DNA from: Dudresnaya verticillata | Taxonomy: Eukaryota | Reading direction: 5' to 3' | Length of the DNA stretch: 64,000 nt | Assembly: GCA_977862235.1 (NCBI GenBank) | Contig: OZ374563.1 | Location: 2,046,001-2,110,000 of the forward strand | In this document: one piece after another, positions 55,801 to 64,000 of the stretch | Layout: each line of letters begins with the position of its first letter | Numbering within the stretch: position 1 is the stretch's first letter | Made by a program: the position numbers and the translations under genes | The notes under the pieces: generated by a model | The model's input: only the letters and a program-made list of their open reading frames with translations | What the model was told of the DNA's origin: nothing | The model's database searches: none

Positions 55801-57599
55801 ATCGCCGCGATTGTCGCCCAGGAATGTTTGAAGGATGCAACGTCATGGAAGTCAGCCAAGGTACACAAGATTTCTCATCTGTTCCACTCAGGCTTCTGGA
55901 GCAGCTTTGCGTTCATAGCTTTGGTTCCCTGAAGATGGAAACGACTCCCCCATTGAGTTGATCTACTCCTTACTGCATGTCTTTACATGGCACGAAGGAG
56001 TACAAATGGTGCCACCTTGTACCCTGAACGGACCTCACAAAACATCTGTCGGCGGAAATGACACAGCCTCCGCTCATGCTGACGTATATATGCGATTGAG
56101 AGCCTCGGAATCAAGCCGCGCCGCCACATCGCATAAGCATCTACACATCAACTCATTTACTTTCCTCATCCATACCCATACGTTCCCTCACGACACCTCT
56201 CCTTGTGACAAGCTTTCGAACTTTTCTCGTCTGCCCAGTAAGAACAGCCCATACGCCGCGTAGAGAATGAAGCTCGCTGAGATTCTCTGTCTCTGTCACA
56301 ATAACTCTTACCCGGCGTTGCCCACAGACTCTCTAACACTGCAACCAGGTTGGTTCTCAATAAGAGGAGTCTCTAGCAATCAGTCGCAACCGCATACGTG
56401 TATCAACATTCTTACCGGGGCCCGAAAAGCGTCTTGAGCAACGCTTCTGACAATAGGAAGACCGTGGCCATGCTTCTCCAGGTGCTAGAAGACTTCGGCG
56501 TTTCCCATATCGACCAAATACTGCAAGAATTCCAGGATGCCGTTAACCGTCGTCAGCGGATGAAACTTTTGCCTTGACCCTCTGATTTAGTCTCATTTGC
56601 TGGTCAGTCCTTAGGTTGCTACGTCCATCCTCTTGACCTCGCTCTCTCCAAATTCTGTAGTTCCCGAATCGAATAAGCGCCCATCTTCATCTTATTTACG
56701 GAGAAAGGGTCTCTGGAGGAAGGGTCTCTAGAGGAAGCGTCCCTCTCCTTGTTTCATGAACTTGCCGGCAATGGAGTCTGAAGTGGATTTACCCGTGCTT
56801 ATAACCACACTAGAAGGAGATCGGGATAATACATTCAGTCTGTCCTCCTTCGAAGTACTTGGATGAGCTTTGATCTCTTCTTTTTCGTTTGGAACGAGTT
56901 TGCGTTTGACACGATGTTGAGTTAGCCTCTTGGAAAACGAAGGCCTAGAGATTGCCATGTCCTCGTCGCAATCAATCTCGGATTTTCTTCCTCTTCCCAT
57001 CGTATACCCTCGCTACTTGGATGACACGCAACTGAAGAGTGCTGTTTTCGCAAGGCTGGAACCGCCTCGACTTGTTACCCCGTCGGGCAAAGCAAAACTG
57101 GAATGATGGGGCAAGTACAAACAATTGCAACTGGAGCTGGGCTTTGAAATCGAAGAAGCACGGCTCACGATTGAACGGGGTATGGAACGAAGCACTACAG
57201 GCGGCAGCGCGACGACAAGGGTGAGGGCGGCGGCTAGAATACTGCGGGTTTCCAGCTTTATTTGTACGCGAGCTTGAGAATTACCACGCTGGCAAAAGAG
57301 TCACGAGTTTTCGAGGCAAACCCCATTGATACGGGCTCTGTTCTGCTTGTTGCAGCATTCCGTTACGTTCAGGAGTTCTGGATTGCTCAAACACTTTCGA
57401 AATGCCAGCATTTCAAAACCGCCGAATATTGCCGAATGCTGCACCAGTCCGACCCGCAATCGGCGGCAATTGTTCTCCTCCCCAGAAGCTCCTAGTAACC
57501 CTTAGGCCTTGCCATGATTAACAATCCTCTCCAGCAGGTATTGTCATGTTCATCAAATCGAAGTTTATGCTAATGCCTTCAGGTTCGTGTTTTTTCTGG

Positions 57600-57916
57600 T
57601 CATCGTGTTCAGCATCGTGCAATCCATCTCAAGAAGAGGAGAAAAACGGCATTATAGCCGCTTGTGCGCAACCAACAACATTGACCTCCATCCTATGGCG
57701 ATGTACATCTACGGTGCCTTTGGCTCAGGTTTCGATCGTTGCACGCAGCGTGTGGCCACATTCTTAGCCATGAAGAAGGGGTTTAGGGGTTTAGCCCCTA
57801 CTACTGAGAAAATGTCCCTCCTCACTCGTATCACTTCATTAGTTCTCCAATGCGTTGCTGTGGCTGTTAACCGGTGTACTGAACAAAGTACATCTCTCTC
57901 TCTCTCTATCTCTCTC
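57600..57916 (+). mobile_element. 3' fragment of an RLE-type (CRE-like) non-LTR retroposon with (TC)n end
   Basis: EKRHYSRLC...LHPMAMYIYGAFG...RVATFLAMKKG...LLTRITSLVLQCVAVAVNR followed by CTGAACAAAGTACA(TC)n. Confidence 0.62.
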
Positions 57917-58154
57917 AGGTTCGTGTTCTGCAACAGCTGGCAGAGCTAGGTCCGGGCGTTTGCACACATTTTCTGGTGAAGGCGCAATTGCGTGCAAACG
58001 TACTCTTGCATAGAATCCGTCAGTGCCATTTCGATAGATTCAAGGGCAGGCTTAAGGTGCTCCTCTACAGAGGGAATATCTTTCAATTCATTTGTAGACG
58101 TTTCTATCAACATCATGGGAGTGTCGCAGTTATGATGGGGCTATCGAGGATCAA

Positions 58155-58204
58155 CGCTACGAGAGGAGCAGCGCTACGAGAGGAGCAGCGCTACGAGAGG
58201 AGCA
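58155..58204. repeat. 3 x 17-bp tandem repeat
   Basis: CGCTACGAGAGGAGCAG at 58155, 58172 and 58189 (last copy one base short). Confidence 0.9.
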
Positions 58205-58802
58205 AAGCAGTGCTTGATGAACACAGAAAGAGAAAAGTGGGAGGGCAGTAGAGCTAGGTCGGGTAAGCAGGGGCAGAATCTGGGCCAGGGGAGAAAAGCT
58301 TGCATGTAGTTTACTAGATGTTTGTAGATTGTTGCGACAGTGCGCATTTCGTGAGGACAACAGCTCTGCTACTATCGTGTCGGAGCTAGCCTCGGAATGA
58401 GCCATCAAGTTACCTTGGAGAGGTACATTTCATACACAATGGCTTCCCACATGGAGGAGACAGGGACGTTGAGGTGCCAAAGGATTGGAGCAGCGAACTG
58501 CGGCCGAATCCTCCAGGACGATGGCAGGTGGCCCTCGCTGGGCCGCTTGAGGCGTTTCGAGGCGGCAGGGCCCATCATTGGCTGTTTCAATTAAAACACT
58601 CAGAAAATAAAGAAAAAGAAGCGAATGGTGGAATGCTGGACGGCTACGGCCTGCGACGGCGGTGGCTGTCCACCCGCCCGCCTTCTGCCTTCCGCCTTCC
58701 GCCCCTCCACCCAGCCTGAAAGCGTCGCAAGACGCCCCCCGCTGCGCCGGCGCCGCGGCCCTCTCGCGCGCCGCGCCCGCGTCCGCGCTCAATGGTTTCA
58801 AC

Positions 58803-61013
58803 ATGCAGTGCCCGGCCTGCTTCAGCACCGCCCTCGTGCCCACGGAGGAGGGCAAGCTGCTTTGCGACGAGTGCGGCGAGGAGTTCAGCGGCTATCGCGA
58901 GGAGGATGTCGACTTCGCGCTCGCCGGCACGGCGGTGTCCAACCGCCAGTCCAGCTCTTCGCACGCCCGCGCCATCCGGGACAAGATCCAAGCGCGCTCC
59001 GCCTCCTCCGCTTCCGAGGCCACCGCCCGAGCTGCAGAGCCGTTCCACGATGACGAGCTCCTCGTCTGCGAAGGCGCCTTCTTGCTGTGCAACGCCATCG
59101 TCACCCGCCTGGTCGAGCTCCGCTACGCGCATGAGCGCATCAAGATTGCCATGTTTGAGCTACTCACGCACTGGATTGAGCGCCGTGCTGCATTGCCGCA
59201 GCCCAAGGGCGTCGTGAAGGACCAGTTCAAGCCTACCCACCTACTTTCGTTGGTCGCTTTGGCTGCGCTGTATGTCAGGTCCCCGATGCTGCCCCGAGAC
59301 TTGCTGCGACTTGTTCTCACCCGACAAGTCCCGTTTCTGGAAGCATGGACCACCTTTCCTCAGCATCTTCAGGAGTCCCCTCGCGTCAAGGAGGTCTTCA
59401 CCCCCGTGCTTATTCCTACCGTGCGCCAAATTGTTGAGCCCGCGAATAGTTACGCCCTTGATGACCACGCTTGGCCGCCAATTCAGCAATTCTTCAACTC
59501 CCAAACCGCGTTCAAGAAGCAAGTGCAACACACTGGGATCGTAGAAAGCTCTTTCCCGGTCGGACACATGCACCTGACCCTGCTTCGCTTGTCCCGCTTG
59601 CTCGGCTTGCCAGATGAATTTGGTGCGAGAGTGCTGCGCTTCAGGGAGCTTCGTGAAGTTGCAACCAAGATGGCGCGGAAGCTCAACGGCAGTGCTAAAG
59701 GCGTGCTTGATCAGTCCAGCCTTGACACTGTTGATCTGAATTTTTTTCCGGAAGGCTGCGACGCGCATGCAGTGTTTGCGAAGCCGATAGCAGCGTTTGC
59801 GGATTACTCGGGTTATCCCACGGATGAAAGTATTCAGATCGACTTCATCAACACAATGCGCTTGTGTTATGGAAGGAGCAAGACAAAGCGTGCCCCTTCG
59901 CTTCGCGACAGGCAGCTGCAGGTTGAGTGGGAAAAAAGCAAGGACTACATGCAGACATGGCTACGGTATGGTTGTGCAGAAGACTCAGATACTGTCACCT
60001 GGGCTTCGTTGACACCAAATGTGCTCTCATCCACAAGAGGTGTGGAGCTGACGCGCTATGCCAGAATTGTCGATGACATGTTGACTTCGCGAAGGGACTC
60101 AATTCCAGAGTTCTGGGGGACGTTCGCCACTACTTTCAGGCGCATGAGCGCTGAGATAGGAGAAGGGAACAGTGGCGCAGTGTCGTCACAAGAAGTCCAA
60201 GCGCATCGGTCAAGGCAATCTTGCGTCTACATTGATGATGGTTGTGAAGACCCTGTGGTGGAACCGGATGAGGGCCACTCAGCAATGGATGAGGAGTGCG
60301 GGCTTGATCCTGACAACGGAACCGTGCTACTTAGAGATCCTTTGAGAAGCAATGAAGCTCTACACTTTGGCGTCGGAGCTGAGCGAGCTCAACAAAAGCG
60401 AAGGCATGAGCTTCAGGCGATACGCAATGGTAAGAAACGGTTGCGCTTGAAAAAGGACGGGACAGACCTACGTCGTGGGATAGGAACTGATGCCAACCGA
60501 AGGTTTGCGCATTCCGAAGCTGGAAACGCCGCTGGCAATCTCGACACACTGTTCGTCCAAGCAATGCTGTCCCCTCATCCCAGCGGAAGCTGTCAGAATG
60601 CGCGCAATGGGTTGAGCATCAATGTTTCGTCTCGAGATACTGAAAGGCTTACTGAAGAGAGGAGCATGAAAGAGCACCCCGATTCCCCTTCTGGTTTGAA
60701 CGTCGTCTGTGAGTTAGGGAAATCAGTCAGCCATTGCAATACGCCAGCTTCTGACAAAACTGGATTGAAGCCCAGCGTGTTAGAGTCTCCGCTCAGGAAG
60801 GGAAGAACTGGTCGCAAAGATTTCCTTCTGGAACCGGCTGGAATAGGTCTCGCCTGGACGGTAGTCAGAAGGTTCTTTATCGGAAGCAGCATTCGCGTTG
60901 AACATGACGATGTTATGGAAGGAACGGGGCTGAACTCGAGGCGATTTCGAAGTGCATTGGATCAGGGTATACGAGTCGTTCTGTTGTATGCGATGTTTCT
61001 AGAAGATAGCTAG
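58803..61013 (+). CDS. TAF1B: RNA polymerase I initiation factor TAF1B/Rrn7-like (736 aa)
   Basis: N-terminal zinc ribbon CPAC...EGKLLCDECG, plus LLSLVALAALYVRSPMLPRDLLRLVLTRQVPFL, the Rrn7/TAF1B cyclin-fold motif. Confidence 0.78.
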   Translation: MQCPACFSTALVPTEEGKLLCDECGEEFSGYREEDVDFALAGTAVSNRQSSSSHARAIRDKIQARSASSASEATARAAEPFHDDELLVCEGAFLLCNAIVTRLVELRYAHERIKIAMFELLTHWIERRAALPQPKGVVKDQFKPTHLLSLVALAALYVRSPMLPRDLLRLVLTRQVPFLEAWTTFPQHLQESPRVKEVFTPVLIPTVRQIVEPANSYALDDHAWPPIQQFFNSQTAFKKQVQHTGIVESSFPVGHMHLTLLRLSRLLGLPDEFGARVLRFRELREVATKMARKLNGSAKGVLDQSSLDTVDLNFFPEGCDAHAVFAKPIAAFADYSGYPTDESIQIDFINTMRLCYGRSKTKRAPSLRDRQLQVEWEKSKDYMQTWLRYGCAEDSDTVTWASLTPNVLSSTRGVELTRYARIVDDMLTSRRDSIPEFWGTFATTFRRMSAEIGEGNSGAVSSQEVQAHRSRQSCVYIDDGCEDPVVEPDEGHSAMDEECGLDPDNGTVLLRDPLRSNEALHFGVGAERAQQKRRHELQAIRNGKKRLRLKKDGTDLRRGIGTDANRRFAHSEAGNAAGNLDTLFVQAMLSPHPSGSCQNARNGLSINVSSRDTERLTEERSMKEHPDSPSGLNVVCELGKSVSHCNTPASDKTGLKPSVLESPLRKGRTGRKDFLLEPAGIGLAWTVVRRFFIGSSIRVEHDDVMEGTGLNSRRFRSALDQGIRVVLLYAMFLEDS

Positions 61014-62291
61014 CCCAGTTTGCATGCCGTCCAGCCCTTGCTGTCAGACAGCCAGTTTGAAGCAAGATTCAAATCGTCAAGCGTTGTCTGGTCTGGGTGC
61101 GGCGCAGCTTTGTGGTGGGAAGCGAAGTAGAAGTTTGCAGACTAATGCAGTGCCATCGAGTGTCCGATGGTGTCGGCAGTGGGTAGCGAGTATATCTTTC
61201 GGCTTCTCTGGTTCAGGACTGGAACCTCCATGTGTCGAGGGACCAAGGCACCGAGTGGATTGGCCGAGGTCCTCCTGCCTGACTGCTCTTTCGAAACCAT
61301 CGCCTGCCTGATCCGAGTAAGTCCAAGATTGGCGACCGAGGGAGGTGGGGCTTACTTTTTACTTCTGCGAGACCCCGCCGTACCCTGCAAGCGGCACAAC
61401 AAGTCTCGTCAAGAACTTGGTGGTTGACAGCGATGATTGTAGAGCAGTCCTGTCGATTCCAGAATTGGCTGCTGCAGGTAAAGCGTTGGAACTTCATGGT
61501 CTCAGCGTCTGATAATTTGAACGCGTTTCATGTTTCATACATGAAACATCGGAATGGCACCATTCGTTGGGCCGTACCTGCGCACATTGAAATGGACGGA
61601 AGATTATCCTCGTGAGAATGACAGCGTACGTTGAAGGCAGCAGGGGCGCAGTATCAAAATTTGCCCCTTCGGCCAATACTATCGGAACTAACCTCGAGGG
61701 GTTGCCGGTCCAAGCATACTGTCCTCGTTGTCGCAAGCTAGAGCCGGAGCCCGGCCCCGTCCCTTGGGCCCTGCAACTAGGGTAGCCGAGGTCTGATATG
61801 TGGTCCTCGCACCGATGCCTACCAGTCGCTATTGGGAGGCAACCCCTCGCATTGTGCCCCAATTTCCTTCATGGTGAGGGAATACGTAGTAGACGCTGTC
61901 CGTAATACTGGGCCTTCCATCTCTTTTCTGAACGGTTGTCCTGAACTGTTGAACAGCTGTCAGCTATTGCCGACCGTACAGAGCCTGCCGATATTTTGGA
62001 ATGGATGGAATGGTTAGCATTTGCAACCAAGCATAGGTTTTTTTCACAACCAGCGATTGGTCTTCAAGCCCATGGGTGCTCCCCAAGAATGCTTTGTACC
62101 GTTCTCAGCTGTCATCGGAGCAGTTTGCCACAAATTTCACTTCTCTGAGAACAACTCTGTATTGCTGGGTAGCTTCCCTCTGTGGTGATGGTTGGTTCAG
62201 CCGCAAGCGACAGCTTTCGCATCACAGTCACAGTATCATAGGGACAACTTCCGCCAGCCGTCCCCTAAGGGTCCGACGGAACCTGTCTGAA

Positions 62292-63573
62292 ATGCCCAAG
62301 GGCTTTTCTCGCACCCTCAAAACCGAGCTGGGAAGTAGAACTACCTTTAGCCCTCTACCTCGCTCCGGTTATCGCTCTTCTCTTGTATTCAAAATGAGAC
62401 CAGGAATGTCACCCAGGGTTTCTTTACGTGCCCAGAAGCGTGATATGGAGTCAACTATGACGAGCTCAACAACGAACTACACCCAAATGAACTTTTATGG
62501 TGCTGAGGATTCGGATATGTGCAGAAAGCCTACAAGGCATGATATCTACCAAGAGCCACAGCCCAAGATGCGAGCCATTTCAATGTGCGATGCTATTCCA
62601 AGTTTTCGAAATTGCAGGGGTGACGGTTGTTTCAATACTTACGGCTATCTGTTCGTAGGTGGGGCAGTACTTCTTCTACTCTGTTGGATGTTCTCTGGAA
62701 ATTTTATCAAATCCGGTCCACGAGAAAGTCTGCGCTCTTTCGCAAAAACTGAAGTCGTCAACAGAGATTTGTCTGATGTTGGAGATATCCCTGTGGATCA
62801 TCTTGAATACTTCTCGGAGGCCAGTTGTGTTGCAGGTGAAACAGCCGAAGATGTAAGAGCGGGTCTACGAGAGCGAATGTCAAGAATTCCTGAAGCAGTG
62901 CAGGACGATATCCTTTCGAACGCAGTTATTGAGGGGATGAGCACCACCAATCGTGTTCAGAATACTGTCGACTCAGGATCTGACGACGGGAAAATTTACG
63001 GCTACATGCTGTTTTGGTCGACTCAGTATAATGACGAACGCGCTAAGAGAACAGAAACATACCTAACGTGAGTACCCTCCATAACATTCATTGCTTTGCT
63101 TTCCCCTTCAGAGGAAGTATTTTGTTCAACATCGTTCCGTCGGCCAGCTTCTAACGTACGGCATATCCATTCCCCTTGAAAGGTGTTTAACTGTAGCGGG
63201 TTTGAGTTTGGAGATTGGTAAGTCTATTGCAGAGGAGCATAGGTTCTCGGAGATGGTACAAGCTGGTACAACCCCTTGTGAATGTGGTTATCTTTGGTGC
63301 GCGAAGTGTCCCATATTTGAACAGAAGGAGCATATTGAGTATGTGTACAAGCGAAAGAACCTTTCGCTAGCCAACAGAGTTGATCTGTATGAGTGGATGA
63401 CCCACAGGGCGGTAATGAGCGCACGTGCTTTGGTTCTGGCCAATGAACAGGTTGTTGTACCAGAAATGCCAAAAGGATCCTTGAGATCTAGCCCAGAAGC
63501 AAAGGAGAACGACCCCAAGCATGTTCCAGCCATCAGGGAAGCATCAGAAGAACGCTTCGTAGAGGGACGATGA
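62292..63573 (+). CDS. Hypothetical single-pass membrane protein; exons to 63067 and 63183-63573 (start uncertain, 62292 or 62394)
   Basis: Intron GTGAGT (63068)...CTAAC (63151)...AAAG (63182) joins two ORFs in frame. TM segment YLFVGGAVLLLLCWMF; CECGYLWCAKCP motif. Confidence 0.65.
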
Positions 63574-64000
63574 GAATCAAGGCAGTTTGAAGTGATGCGG
63601 GCTGCATCATCTCTGGCAGTTGATATTGAAGGATTTTAAGTAGACGAATTGTTGTGTTCTCATAGCTGCAAGTAATATCTCTCTTTCGGTAACTGCTCAT
63701 TAATGGACAGTAAAACGAGAGATGTTCAACAAGAGGGGACGGGAAAGTTTCTTAATGTTGTTCTCTAATTGTTGCTTATATGGTCCTTTGCAGGCAGCTT
63801 ACGCCCATATACAGGCACGCTTGAGAGGCCACGGCCCGTGATACTACAGCAAACAAGAAACCAGCATCAATGCCCCAGAGTCTTTCGTCCCCGTGCAATG
63901 CAGTGCCTCTGACAAGGCGGCTGCAGAGCATTGCCCACAACACAAGACAAGAAAGCTCCAGCGATCCTTTGATCAACGTACTAAGTGGCGCACAAGTCTA

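Noticed and set aside
57014..57025. YLDD as an RT catalytic motif of the adjacent CRE-like fragment
   Set aside because: No upstream GxxQGxPL motif, and the spacing to the RLE fragment looks too short; likely chance.
1..61013. Functional cluster of ribosome/nuclear genes (NOP56, bL27, NUP205, TAF1B)
   Set aside because: They are far apart and interspersed with unrelated genes, as expected by chance in a compact genome.
1..64000. CRISPR array or prokaryotic operon/defence system
   Set aside because: The short repeats are contiguous tandem copies with no spacers, and the genes are eukaryotic with spliceosomal introns.

Overview
Eukaryotic nuclear DNA with compact, intron-poor genes and short GT-AG introns; the style suggests a red alga, but that is inference. 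The left ~26 kb is gene-dense: NOP56 (runs off the left edge), mitochondrial bL27, phosphatidylserine synthase, cytochrome b5, NUP205, a ~2180-aa orphan helical-repeat protein and a divergent PH-domain GRIK/CaMKK-like probable pseudokinase (these two flank an extreme GC island), and a secreted bacterial-type metallo-beta-lactamase-fold hydrolase with two introns. The 26-58 kb stretch is repeat-rich. It holds an intact Ty1/Copia element (992-bp LTRs that look identical, AGAGC TSD, half-tRNA-Met primer site), tRNA-Arg(ACG), two paralogous orphan genes, a frameshifted LINE RT, and several decayed restriction-like-endonuclease (CRE-like) retroposon 3' ends, three of which share a TGAATAAA-GTGCA-(TC)n-like terminus. 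The right end has TAF1B/RRN7 and a two-exon membrane protein gene. No CRISPR array or rRNA was seen. All family assignments come from motif recognition by eye, not database searches.
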